Assembly: GCA_964016885.1 (NCBI GenBank)
Contig: OZ024741.1
Location: forward strand, 292,640,001 to 292,704,000
Reading direction: 5' to 3'
DNA length: 64,000 nt
Origin: Eledone cirrhosa
Taxonomy: Eukaryota
In this document: piece after piece, positions 1 through 13,248 of the stretch
How positions within the stretch are numbered: the first letter of the stretch is position 1
How the letters are laid out: each line of letters starts with the position of its first letter
The notes under the pieces: model-generated
Seen by the model: only the letters and a program-made list of their open reading frames with translations
What the model was told of the DNA's origin: nothing
Database searches by the model: none
Position numbers and translations under genes: made by a program

Positions 1-1128
1 AGTGGGACGAGGGTATATTTAGGTAAGAGGTGCCTACTGACTGTAGGTCTCGCTTTGCACTTAGGCAAGGTGGGTCTTATATATATACACATACATCATA
101 ATACATACATCATAATACATACCCATGAATTAAGAGATATAATATAACACGGTTTATTGAACATTTGCAATGTAATGAAAATTGTAAGAGGAGGAAGAAT
201 AGAGATGTCATCGCTATCTCTCCATTTGTTTATCTTTGTATTTATCTATAGAGCTCTCTTTCTCTATTTTTATATTATTTTTCATGTTTGCTTTTCTTCA
301 TCTCCCACTCTTTCTACTTCTCTTTCTCTGTATGGTGAGGAGTATCTTCATTATTTGATTCCTTTCTACCTCAATGTCCCAAAATAATTCCAACTCCATA
401 AATATTCTATGAAAAATTACATTAAAATAAAGTAGTTTTTCTTGATTTTTCTGATTTCAATGGGATTTCTTTGGTTTTTCCTTTTCTTTTTCCTATATAT
501 TTTTCTCTTAAGATTTTCCTTTTTCTTGACTGTAGCAACTGATTTTCAGCAATTTCTTTAAATATAGATAGACGTATTTGCTTTAGCATTTATAGAGTTT
601 GTAATACAGATTATTGGTATTTTGAACTTGGAATGTAAAGGTCCATAACTAAAAATAGCAGGCATTTTGCCTGATACTCTAACAATTCTAATATTGATAA
701 AATAGGCACATATGGAATACTGGTGTCTCTAATAATCAACTCTACCTGAATCTTATATTTATGGTGCAGCATCCATCTTAAAAATAAATACTACTATTTT
801 TATTCTTCTATTGGTTTTATTCATTAGATTGTGGTCATACTTGAGTACAGGCTTAAAGGGATTTAGTTGATTGTATTGATCCCAGTACCTATTTTTTCAA
901 ACCACTAATTGAGATGTAAACATAGACATGGCCACACATACAGGTACATGCATACACACATGTATGTGACTATATATATATATATATATAATGAAGGAGA
1001 TGTGGTAAGGAACCAGATGGACCATAACGTACCAGAGTACTCAATACTTAGGTTAGTAGAGTGGGTAATAGGAAAAAGTGTGACCTCGACGGCAGAACTC
1101 AAGCCGTTTCGACGGGGTCATACTTTTT

Positions 1129-1177
<49 letters not shown>

Positions 1178-1470
1178 GATGTTTCTGTCAACCAAATATC
1201 CTTCACTAAGCATTGATGAACCCAAGGGTATAGTATAAGACACTTTCCCAAAGAGTAACATGGTGAGACTGAACTGTAAATCTTCATTATCCACATAGAC
1301 ATGTCTGCTCCTATTTGTTCATTATTCTACAAAGTATGCCAAACATGTTTTTGCCTTGTTTGGTCTCAGTGTAAGTTACTGAAATGACAGTTAATAAATC
1401 TTAAAAGTATCTAAAATGTTTGTGTGTTGGAGTAGAAATAATTCTGAGATGACATATATTCATCATTAAG

Positions 1471-1690
1471 GGGATGGATTGGCAGTATTGGTAGAGCATC
1501 ATGCAACATTTTGCAGCATAAAATTACATCCCTTTACGTTCTGAGTTCAAATCATGTTGAGGTTAGCTTTGTTTTGCATCATTATGAGATCGATAAAATA
1601 AAGTACCAGTAATGCACTGGGAGGCTATTTAATCAACATTCTCCTTCCTACAAAATTGTTAGCCTTTTGTCTAAATCAGAAACCATTATA
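1471..1690 (+). mobile_element. tRNA-derived SINE (family 1)
   Basis: A-box-like TGGCAGTATTGGTAG, B-box GAGTTCAAATC, core 'gataaaataaagtaccagtaatgcactggg' shared with copies at 4.1, 48.1 and 63.2 kb. Confidence 0.75.
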
Positions 1691-2813
1691 ATCATTTTTT
1701 GTCAAATTTCCATGTTGGCACTGATTGGAGATATTATCTTGGTCTGAGTCAGTTCTTACCCTTCTAAGATGGGTTCTAGGATTACATTTCCCTCATATAT
1801 TTCATTTTGTTTTCGGAGTGTAGTTTCTACAACTGGATACCCCTTCTAGCTCCAGCCACTTTACATTCTGTTATATATTTCTTAATCTGTTGTTCTGCAT
1901 TCTCAATAAACTGCCATAAATCTCAAGGTATCATTTGTGCAAATACTATTGTGTATGCTGAGTACATAGTATGGACATTCTTTCTGATCCTTATTTAGTG
2001 AAGACAATTCCCAGAAGATGGGACATGCTTGGTGTAGTTGTTGTTTTAAGTTTGTATTCCCTGAGCAGAATAAGCATATCAATGAAAATTAATGTAATTG
2101 CCATCACATCATTATAGAAAATGAAAAATAAACAAAGCAAACAAATAAAAAAAATGACAAAATAAAATAATATAATAAAAGTTTCATAGATTCTGGTCTC
2201 GGTTTCATTTGGGAAATCTTCGTTGCTTTGATTTCTTGCAGACTTGATGAAAGTAATTCTATGTTTGTTGGGAATACGAGTAGGTCAAATATGTAAATAA
2301 ATTAGAATCTCTTGAGAATGCTGCATTTCCATCTCCATCTGTTGTTGTCTTTTCAATATGCAGAGTCATGGTAATATACTGAGGGTGGATATGTAAAATA
2401 TTCACTGGATAAAATATTGATCAGTAAAGATAATAATCAGTCAGATTCTTCTCTATCTATTATATTAATGATACATAAATGTCTCTTGACCATCAGCATT
2501 TACTTTCCATGTACTTTTTAATCTGCAGCATATTTACAAACTTGCCAGGCCAATTGAACAGAATGACATTTTCAAATTTAAAGTGATAAAGTGTATTTCT
2601 CTCCCTTCTGCCTATGCTCCTTCCCTAGCTAAGGCCCATCCCAATCCTTTACACTCCATCCTAGGTTACAGAAAATTTAACTTGTTCATCTTCCAATTGT
2701 TTATTTCAACTGATATAAACAATTATCACAGACCAAGCACAAATATGATAAAGTAAAAATACTTTATCATATTTCTTCTATGCTCACTTCTAAATCAATA
2801 TCATTAGTTACTG

Positions 2814-2890
<77 letters not shown>

Positions 2891-3019
2891 AAAGTTATAT
2901 TTAAAATTGTTGGGTTACAACTAGTAAATATTTATAACTGATATAAAAGCACTCGACAAATATTTGGAGTATATTTACAATATTAAATAAATGGAAAACT
3001 ATATTTATAAAACCATATT

Positions 3020-3085
3020 TATTTCATTATATATATTTCGGGGATATCATATTAACAATATGCTATGCCTTCATCAGACAAAATA
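3020..3085 (-). ncRNA. Type I hammerhead ribozyme motif (family A)
   Basis: Reverse complement of 3635-3700. Confidence 0.7.
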
Positions 3086-3634
3086 CAATATAAACAGTTT
3101 TATAGATAAATATATTCGACATACCGTAATAAACATCAACTTCTCTCTCTATATCTCTCTATATCTCTCTATATATCTCCCTTACATTAATACTTGAGCT
3201 AAATAAATAAATAAATAAACAAATAAATAAATAAATTACATCCCTTTACGTTCTGAGTTCAAATAAATAAATAAATGTATCATTGATACACTTACTCAAA
3301 ATGACCTCCCACTACCTAATTTTCTATATATATATATGTATCTATCTCTATTTCCTCTCTCTATATATATATATATCTCTTTCTGTCTCTTTACATGAAG
3401 CTCTTCGCTTTATCTATTTTTCCATCTCTCTATTTTGTTCCATGCATTTCTTCTTTTTCTTTTTCTTCTTTTTCTTCCTTTTCTTCGTTTTGTCTTTCTT
3501 TCTTTCTTTTTTCCCTCTTTTCTTTCTCTCTTTCTTTCTCTCTGTATTTTCACTGCTAGCGTAAACCTCTTCAAATGAAGTTGATGTTTATTACGGTATG
3601 TCGAATATATTTATCTATAAAACTGTTTATATTG

Positions 3635-3700
3635 TATTTTGTCTGATGAAGGCATAGCATATTGTTAATATGATATCCCCGAAATATATATAATGAAATA
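3635..3700 (+). ncRNA. Type I hammerhead ribozyme motif (family A)
   Basis: tattttgt-CTGATGA-imperfect stem II (aggcatagcatatt/aatatgatatcccc)-GAAA-tatata-TA-atgaaata; stem I tattttgt/atgaaata. Confidence 0.7.
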
Positions 3701-3738
3701 AATATGGTTTTATAAATATAGTTTTCCATTTATTTAAT

Positions 3739-3783
<45 letters not shown>

Positions 3784-3805
3784 CAGTAACTAATGATATT
3801 GATTT

Positions 3806-4112
<307 letters not shown>

Positions 4113-4113
4113 A

Positions 4114-4275
4114 AAGGCGAATTGGCAGAGTTGTTAAGACATCAGATAAAATGCTTTACTGTATTCATCCCACCTCATTGCGTGCTCTGAGTTCAAATCC
4201 CACTGTAGTCAACTTTGCCTTTCATCCTTTCGAGGTTGATAAAAAAAAGTACCAGTCCAGTACTGGGGTTGATTC
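4114..4275 (+). mobile_element. tRNA-derived SINE (family 1)
   Basis: TGGCAGAGTTG...GAGTTCAAATCC...ctttgcctttcatcc...gtaccagt. Confidence 0.75.
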
Positions 4276-4404
4276 TTCCTCTAAAAAGTTGACTGTCTTC
4301 AGACCTAGAGAGGGTTGGGCTCCACCAGATTTAAAAGTGCCCTAGACTCGCCATATGATGGTGCCTCTACCATCCCACAAGGAATTATGTGATCTTATAT
4401 ATAT

Positions 4405-4808
4405 ACATGTAGCAATATCCATAGGTGTAAAAAGGAAAAAGGAAAACAATCCTCAATTGGGAAGATATCAGAAATATATTATTTATTTATATTTATACAT
4501 GGAACAAAAGTGCTACCCAAGATGATTTGAATTTGAAATTTGACATCGGCAATGTGTTTAGGTTTGTATACTATAGCAGAAGTATTGTATTATGTAAGCA
4601 AGTTATTTCTTTTTGTTATAACACGTCTTTTGCCTAAACACGTGGTTTTAGCAAACTTAACTTTTAATGGTATTATAAACTCTTATAAGCGCCTGAAGAA
4701 ACATCACTAGTTTAGTGCCTCTTGTATTCTGGAGGTATGGTCGAATTTGGGCTTTGAAACCTTGGGTAGCAGTTTTGTTCTGTATATGAATGTAAATAAA
4801 TAATATTA
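4405..4808. mobile_element. Old fold-back element with degenerate hammerhead-like motif
   Basis: Imperfect inverted arms ~4476-4521 / 4761-4808; CTGAAGA at 4693 and GAAAccttggGTA at ~4756; TA tracts on both sides. Confidence 0.45.
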
Positions 4809-4990
4809 TATATATATATATATATATGTAGAATTAGTAAATTTGTATTCCAATGTTACTAAGTAGTTGCATTGGATGGAGTCAACCGACGTCAGAGATT
4901 GCTCAACGTATAATAAAGTGTGTTTTAAAATCCGGAGAAAATATGGAGAAGAAGTTTATGAAATGGAAATGCGGGTATACAGAATTTATT

Positions 4991-5107
4991 AGGTAACAAT
5001 TGTTTCTATAGTGTATGGGTTACCTATACCTCGCTATTTGAATAATATAAAAATATTATCATAAACCGAAGGTACACTGTAAGCAAACACACCATGTCGT
5101 CAGACCT
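4991..5107 (-). ncRNA. Hammerhead ribozyme of PLE 3' pLTR
   Basis: Reverse complement of 10818-10934. Confidence 0.8.
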
Positions 5108-5516
5108 TTGTATTGGAATGATATGAAAATATTTTATACACTAGATAAAAGAGAAAGAAGGAGGTAGGAAGAGAAGGGGAAGAGGGAAGTGAGTAAGGTG
5201 GAGGGAGTCCTAGGATTTAATACTGTCAGACTAGTAGAGATTGTAAGGAGAGAATGTTTTGGCAGCAGTTAGCTTAATGAGGCGTGTTAGGGTTGGCGGG
5301 GGAGGTAAATTCTTCTAGTGGTGTTGTTCGGACAAAATTTAGTTAAAGGGGTCAAAGTGGTACAGAGTCACAGACAAGTTATTGGGGCTATTATAGTAGC
5401 AGGTTATTTCTAAAGGGGTCCAAAAACAGTGTTTAGTACTATTATTATAGAAAGCCATATCTTGTGTATAAACATATAAAACAGAAATTTGCAAACGGTG
5501 GTGTAAAAAGATAACA

Positions 5517-7727
5517 TTATATGCATTTAAAAAAAGAAAAAGTCGTTTTCAAACGATGGTTACAGTATAGAGAACGTTCAATTTTGCTGTTCAAAAGTTT
5601 GTTTACCGACGTTAAAATGCAGTATATCTCCAAATTGCATAACTTGCAGAATCGATGATTTTGCTTATATGCTGGCGCAGCTGCAATAATTTGCCAATCA
5701 AGGGAGAATGCTTGATTGTTCCTCCGGAGCTGCCAGGCTTTATCGGCGAGGGTTGTTACGGAGCGCATTTTCTCGTGCCTGATCGAAGATCGATGTTGGT
5801 ATAGGCGAGCCTTGAAAGAAGTTGCGGTACATCCGACGTAATACCATTTGTTGGTTCCGGAATTTATTGTACATCGGTAGACAATATTGCGTGCTAGGCA
5901 CTGGTTATTCAGTGGGCACGTACCTGGTTTGGTGCAGTTACAATTATTTTTATGTTTTGCAGTAGAATCCTGGATAGTTTGGTGGGGTTGTAGTTGCGTG
6001 TTAGTGCGTTGTATGTTACTATGCTGGTGCGCTGAGTCATTAGGGATGTACTTATTTAGTATTGCTGAGTTGAGTTTTTTAATTAGTTGTTCTATGTTAG
6101 GTGCAGTGGAGTATGATAGTCTAATGGTGCGCGAGTTAAAGATTTTATAGTATTTATGTGAAGTTGTAAAGTGTTTATTGATTAGTGTATAGAATTGTGA
6201 GATAATCTTAGTGCTAATAGAAGAATTGTACACGGGGTTATACCATCTGTACTCTCTACGTCTGACTCTAGTTGCTGGTTTGCACCTATTAGTATACCTA
6301 TTGATGTGTGTGTGTGGTGCAATACTAGTTCGACTTAGATGTGTTTTATTCATAGTACTTATGTGGTTATCGTCTAGATATTCTATTTTCTCGCAGTAAC
6401 CAGCTTTTCTAAGTGCGTCATTATAATATTCAGCATGCTCGTTGAAGGTCTGCAAATTAGATGACAGTCGGGAGATCCTTATGGATATATTTTTAGGGAT
6501 AGATTTAATAATGGAATGGGGATGGTTCGATTTTATATTAACGTACTTGAGATTTTCATTAAGTTTGTGAAATGGCTCTATACTACCGTTATTAAGGTTG
6601 AAGGTGACATCCAAGAAGTTGACCACCTTAAGATTGTGTTCGAAGGTAATATTAAGCCCTAGTTCTAAGAAAAGTTTCCTAATGTTTTTACGTCGCCTTT
6701 CTAGGTTTTGTTTGTTCATATTCTTGACTAATAGAAGTGTATCGTCGCGGTATATTCCGCTGTGGAGGTCCGTAAATTCGCTCTGGAGTCTATGGGCTAT
6801 ATAGATCCCAACCAGATCCGTGACCTCCGCCGAATCATTAGAACCCATCGTAATGTCGAATTCCGAGAGTCTATCTCTGCGGACCAAATAACTATTTTCA
6901 AAGTGCACTACTGTGCGTCTAGCTTCAAGTATAATATTAATTTCCTCGTTTGTGAGGTCCGAGTTAGTCTTAGCGAAAGAGAGGGCCTTATGCAGGGTTT
7001 CGGGTGAAATAGAGGAATAGTATTCATCTATATCGAATTGAATAAAAGAAGATTTGTTTTTGTCCCTAATGTTATTGAATCATCTTATTGCCTGATGAGT
7101 ATTACCCCATAATTTAATATCTACCTTAGCCTTAACTTGGGGGATAATACGATCTAATATGTACTTACTAATTCTACCTATATCGGACTTTGAAGGACAT
7201 ATTAATCTAATTTTAGGGTTAGTATCGAAGTTATCCTTATGGTCCTTCAGATTAAAAGTCTGTGTAGCTGGAGATAGGGGTACCGTTCTGTCGTCAATTT
7301 TCAGTTTCTTAACAATATCACATGCTGCGTTATTAATGTTGGTTAGTGTAGTTGCGTTTGTTTTTTTGTACTTCCTATGTAATTCCTTACGTATAAAATT
7401 ATTATATGTTTCTACATCCAGGGTGTATAGATTCGATGTTTTGTCTGCCTTTATGATAATTCCTTTGGTATTCCTTAGGTTGTCGAGTAGAGTTTTAATA
7501 TCTCGTTGCAGTTCGTTTTTCCTTCCGTTTGTAAATTTGATTCCGGTTATCATTTTCATTAAGTCCTGTTCGAAAGAATCCAAAAGAGGGTTAGAGGGTG
7601 GGTTTTTGTAGGATTTGAAACCAAACTTATCGTTGTTGGTGTCGGAAGTTTGTGTAATCCTTTTCCTATCGAAGTGGAATGCCCTCCATCTAATCCGCCG
7701 AATAAATTCGTTGGTCCTTTGTATCAT
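5517..7727 (-). pseudogene. PLE polyprotein (RT, Cys-rich linker, GIY-YIG endonuclease) with one nonsense codon
   Basis: ORFs 7080-7727 and 5517-6908 are in frame; TGA at 7080-7082 is TGG in the inverted copy; motifs KADK, ITMGS, YRDD, VNFLDVT, CNC...CPL...C, IVY...YYVG...KARLYQH, CKLCNLE. Confidence 0.9.
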
Positions 7728-7957
7728 ACCAAGAATGTATGTTTTTCCATTTCAGAGACGTAGGTTGATAGGTTGCTCGACTGTGAAGGAGTGTGAAGAA
7801 TTAGTAAATTTGTATTCCAATGTTACTAAGTAGTTGCATTGGATGGAGTCAACCGACGTCAGAGATTGCTCAACGTATAATAAAGTGTGTTTTAAAATCC
7901 GGAGAAAATATGGAGAAGAAGTTTATGAAATGGAAATGCGGGTATACAGAATTTATT

Positions 7958-8074
7958 AGGTAACAATTGTTTCTGTAGTGTATGGGTTACCTATACCTCG
8001 CTATTTGAATAATATAAAAATATTATCATAAACCGAAGGTACACTGTAAGCAAACACACCATGTCGTCAGACCT
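7958..8074 (-). ncRNA. Hammerhead ribozyme of upstream tandem pLTR
   Basis: Copy of 4991-5107 with one substitution at the base of stem II. Confidence 0.75.
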
Positions 8075-8780
8075 TTGTATTGGAATGATATGAAAATATT
8101 TTATACACTAGATAAAAGAGAAAGAAGGAGGTAGGAAGAGAAGGGGAAGAGGGAAGTGAGTAAGGTGGAGGGAGTCCTAGGATTTAATACTGTCAGACTA
8201 GTAGAGATTGTAAGGAGAGAATGTTTTGGCAGCAGTTAGCTTAATGAGGCGTGTTAGGGTTGGCGGGGGAGGTAAATTCTTCTAGTGGTGTTGTTCGGAC
8301 AAAATTTAGTTAAAGGGGTCAAAGTGGTACAGAGTCACAGACAAGTTATTGGGGCTATTATAGTAGCAGGTTATTTCTAAAGGGGTCCAAAAACAGTGTT
8401 TAGTACTATTATTATAGAAAGCCATATCTTGTGTATAAACATATAAAACAGAAATTTGCAAACGGTGGTGTAAAAAGATAACATTATATGCATTTAAAAA
8501 AAGAAAAAGTCGTTTTCAAACGATGGTTACAGTATAGAGAACGTTCAATTTTGCTGTTCAAAAGTTTGTTTACCGACGTTAAAATGCAGTATATCTCCAA
8601 ATTGCATAACTTGCAGAATCGATGATTTTGCTTATATGCTGGCGCAGCTGCAATAATTTGCCAATCAAGGGAGAATGCTTGATAGTTCCTCCGGAGCTGC
8701 CAGGCTTTATCGGCGAAGGTTGTTACGGAGCGCATTTTCTCGTGCCTGATCGAAGATCGATGTTGGTATAGAATTAGTAA

Positions 8781-10408
8781 GTACATATTAGATCGTATTA
8801 TCCTCCAAGTTAAGGCTAAGGTAGATATTAAATTATGGGGTAATACTCATCAGGCAATAAGATGGTTCAATAACATTATTTTATTCAAATCGATATAGAT
8901 GAATACTATTCCTCTATTTCACCCGAAACCCTGCATAAGGCCCTCTCTTTCGCTAAGACTAACTCGGACCTCACAAACGAGGAAATTAATATTATACTTG
9001 AAGCTAGACGCACAGTAGTGCTCTTTGAAAATAGTTATTGGGTCCGCAGAGATAGACCCTCGGAATTCGACATTACGATGGGTTCTAATGATTCGGCGGA
9101 GGTCACGGATCTGGTTGGGATCTATATAGCCCATAGACTCCAGAGCGAATTTACGGACCTCCACAGCGGAATATACCGCGACGATACACTTCTATTAGTC
9201 AAGAATATGAACAAACAAAACCTAGAAAGGCGACGTAAAAACATTAGGAAACTTTTCTTAGAACTAGGGCTTAATATTACCTTCGAACACAATCTTAAGG
9301 TGGTCAACTTCTTGGATGTCACCTTCAACCTTAATAACGGTAGTATAGAGCCATTTCACAAACTTAATGAAAATCTCAAGTACGTTAATATAAAATCGAA
9401 CCACCCCCATTCCATTATTAAATCTATCCCTAAAAATATATCCATAAGGATCTCCCGACTGTCGTCTAATTTGCAGACCTTCAACGAGCATGCTGAATAT
9501 TATAATGACGCACTTAGAAAAGCTGGTTACTGCGAGAAAATAGAATATCTAGACGATAACCACATAAGTACTATGAATAAAACACATCCAAGTCGAACTA
9601 GTATTGCACCACACACACACATCAATAGGCATACTAATAGGTGCAAACCAGCAAATAGAGTCAGACGTAGAGAGTACATATGGTATAACCCCGTGTACAA
9701 TTCTTCTATTAGCACTAAGATTATCTCACAATTCTATACACTAATCAATAAACACTTTACAACTTCACATAATACTATAAAATCTTTAACTCGTGCACCA
9801 TTAGACTATCATACTCCACTGCACCTAACATAAAACAACTAATTAAAAAACTCAACTCAGCAATACTAAATAAGTACATCCCTAATGACTCAGCGCACCA
9901 GCATAGCAACATACAACGCACTAACACGCAACTACAACCCCACCAAACTATCCAGGATTCTACTGCAAAACATAAAAATAATTGTAACTGCACCAAACCA
10001 GGTACGTGCCCACTGAATAACCAGTGCCTAGCACGCAATATTGTCTACCGATGTACAATAAATTCCGGAACCAACAAATGGTATTACGTCGGATGTACCG
10101 CAACTTCTTTCAAGGCTCGCCTATACCAACATCGATCTTCGATCAGGCACGAGAAAATGCGCTCCGTAACAACCCTCGCCGATAAAGCCTGGCAGCTCCG
10201 GAGGAACAATCAAGCATTCTCCCTTGATTGGCAAATTATTGCAGCTGCGCCAGCATATAAGCAAAATCATCGATTCTGCAAGTTATGCAATTTGGAGATA
10301 TACTGCATTTTAACGTCGGTAAACAAACTTTTGAACAGCAAAATTGAACGTTCTCCATACTGTAACCATCGTTTGAAAACGACTTTTTCTTTTTTTAAAT
10401 GCATATAA
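8781..10408 (+). pseudogene. 5'-truncated inverted copy of PLE RT/GIY-YIG ORF
   Basis: ORFs 9018-9833 and 10157-10408 match the minus ORF; ~20 bp deletion near 8878, 1 bp frameshift near 9770. Confidence 0.9.
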
Positions 10409-10817
10409 TGTTATCTTTTTACACCACCGTTTGCAAATTTCTGTTTTATATGTTTATACACAAGATATGGCTTTCTATAATAATAGTACTAAACACTGTT
10501 TTTGGACCCCTTTAGAAATAACCTGCTACTATAATAGCCCCAATAACTTGTCTGTGACTCTGTACCACTTTGACCCCTTTAACTAAATTTTGTCCGAACA
10601 ACACCACTAGAAGAATTTACCTCCCCCGCCAACCCTAACACGCCTCATTAAGCTAACTGCTGCCAAAACATTCTCTCCTTACAATCTCTACTAGTCTGAC
10701 AGTATTAAATCCTAGGACTCCCTCCACCTTATTCACTTCCCTCTTCCCCTTCTCTTCCTACCTCCTTCTTTCTCTTTTATCTAGTGTATAAAATATTTTC
10801 ATATCATTCCAATACAA

Positions 10818-10934
10818 AGGTCTGACGACATGGTGTGTTTGCTTACAGTGTACCTTCGGTTTATGATAATATTTTTATATTATTCAAATAGCGAGGTATA
10901 GGTAACCCATACACTATAGAAACAATTGTTACCT
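10818..10934 (+). ncRNA. Type I hammerhead ribozyme with long stem II
   Basis: aggt-CTGACGA-~90 nt hairpin (atggtgtgt/atacactat; tgtacctt/gaggtata; ataatat/atattat)-GAAA-caattg-TT-acct; AATAAA follows. Confidence 0.8.
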
Positions 10935-11074
10935 AATAAATTCTGTATACCCGCATTTCCATTTCATAAACTTCTTCTCCATATATATATGTATATATAT
11001 ATATGTGTGTGTGTGTGTATTTATACGTGTGTGTGTATCTATATATGCATATGTGTATTGCACATACCTTAGAA

Positions 11075-11320
11075 GTTAGTATGGTCAACTCATGATCATA
11101 AGTCATGATTTCAAGTTTTGTTGCTGTATTGTATCCTTGAGCAAGGCACTTTATTTCACATCTCTCCAGTCTAATCAGCTTGCAAAAATGAATTGTGCCT
11201 GTAAAGGACCAGCTTTGTTATACTGTGTGTCATGCTTAATCTGCCTGAGAACAACATTAATGGTGCATGGGCCTGTGGAATGCTCAGCCACTTACATGTT
11301 AATTTCATGAGCTAGCTCTT
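11075..11320 (+). mobile_element. Degenerate SINE (family 2, 'ccttgagcaaggcactt' core)
   Basis: Core motif recurs at ~28450(-), ~57650(+) and ~63600(-). Confidence 0.55.
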
Positions 11321-11440
11321 CTATTAATTGGAAAACTGAATCTTTATGTTCTAAGGTAAATCTTGTTGAGGTCAACTTTGCTTTTTATCCTTTTGAGGTT
11401 AAAATCAAGTACCAGTCTAGGAGCAGTGAATGAGTGGAAT

Positions 11441-11750
11441 TCATCATCATTTTACATCTGTTGTTCAACACTTGCATGGGTTGCACAGGTCATTTTCAGT
11501 ACAGCATCTCTCCACATGTGTTCCTTAGTCATTTCCTCCATGGCTTTAGCGATCTGAGATCAGCCTTCACTACTTCCATCCAGGTCTTCCTTGGTCATCA
11601 ACTACTGCAGCTTCTGTCAACTGGGATTATTTGGCACTTCTTCACCCAGCTGTCATCATCCATGTGCATCACATGTCCATACCTGTACAATCTTCTTTTC
11701 TGAGACCTACTTCTGATTCCTCATATACCCAGTTTCTTTCTCAGTTCATC
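11441..11750 (-). mobile_element. Old RTE-type LINE 3' fragment
   Basis: (CAT)n tail; minus strand resembles 'YGHVMHMDDDSWVKKC...PRKTWMEVVKADL'. Confidence 0.6.
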
Positions 11751-12609
11751 CATGATTTGTTGGAATTGTTTGTATCAAACAAAATACTGTACATAAGCAA
11801 AAACAGATCTCTGGTCTCTCTGGGAGATCAGTGGCCCTGCTTCAATACTGACTTGGTCTATGTAGACCAGTCCAACCTTAGCTAGCAGGAAAAGTGGATG
11901 ATAAAACGATGACACTGATGATGATGATGATGAAAATACCTTGCTATTTTGTTCTTGTTCTATGCTTTCTGATTTCTTGGATAGTAGAATTAATCCATCA
12001 ACTAGTTTAGTATAACCATATAGTCTTTGAGTCACTTAAGCTGAGTTTACTATGCTTTAAGCATTTGGACCTGGTCATTAACTTTAAAATAAATTCCTTC
12101 CTTCCAGCCACAAGTCTCACAAACACTGAAAAATAATAGATCATGGATGCAGCCCTTCCCTCTCTGATTATATGGTAAAAAAAGTAATACCACTAATGCA
12201 ATCATGAGAAACTAAATATAAACTAATTCTTATCTCCAATGTCTTTCCTCAATTTGCTATTGACTGTTAGTGCCATTAAAGATTTGGTGCACTCTACAAA
12301 AAATCTTTATTAATTTATCTATATAGTTATTTAGACACTTATCCATATATAGCAATATCTTATGTTTTTTTATATATAGATTTTTTTATTGGTAAGCAAT
12401 CACATAAAGTATTTTCTTTGACAAAGCTTTTAACTATTGTCTCGTTACAGTGCTGACGACTTCACTTGTGAAAGTCATAAAAATATATTTATTTATTATT
12501 CTACAGCATAATTCATTTGCATATTGTATACATTTACAGAATTCAAAACTGGAGACATTTCTATTCTTTACTTATATCCATATATATATGTGTGTGTATA
12601 TATATATAA

Positions 12610-12660
<51 letters not shown>

Positions 12661-13214
12661 TGTATGTACACGTATGTACATATGAGTGTGTGTGTATGTA
12701 TATATATATACACATACACATGCATACATTATATAAATTAATCTCTCATCTATATGCATTTATATTTGAATACACTTTGAGGCCTTCTGTTTAATAATCC
12801 ATTTGACTCATTTTCATATGTTCCCATATATAATTACTACTACTACTGTCACATTTAATTGAGAAACAGTAGGTAGCTTGCACCATGTTTTTGCTAATGG
12901 ATAAATGTGCACATGTAGTCATGAGTAGACAGGGTACTCTTATCCTCGACTCCATGGACATTCAGGATGAAAAAGAGTGAGAGAAAGAGAGATAGAGAGA
13001 ATTAAATAGAAAAAGAACTGCACCAGTAGTGGGCTGGCACTTTTTTAACAAAAACCAAAACAAAAATGAATAGGAAAGCTGACAGAAACAAGATTTGAAT
13101 TTGAGTTACAGAGTGCCAGAACAAATATTTTATCTTCTCCAGCACTTTTGTGAAACCGACCACCTTAATATATACTGTTAACAAATTAACCAAAGGTGAA
13201 AATATATATATACA

Positions 13215-13248
<34 letters not shown>

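Larger units (their letters stand above)
2889..3744. mobile_element. Fold-back PLE-end element (family A) in (TA)n
   Basis: Inverted arms 2976-3143 / 3577-3744, unpaired tail 2889-2975, (TA)n on both sides, homologous to loci at 23.1, 23.7 and 40.7 kb. Confidence 0.8.
4829..10984. mobile_element. Penelope-like retroelement: minus-strand monomer (4830-7796), tandem partial copy/pLTR (7797-8771), inverted plus-strand copy (8769-10984)
   Basis: Direct repeat offset 2967 bp (4830 vs 7797); 8769-10984 is the near-identical reverse complement of 4941-7176; RT and GIY-YIG ORF; (TA)n flanks. Confidence 0.95.

Noticed and set aside
12450-12510. CTGACGA...GAAA hammerhead-like string
   Set aside because: No consistent stem II, stem III and stem I could be built
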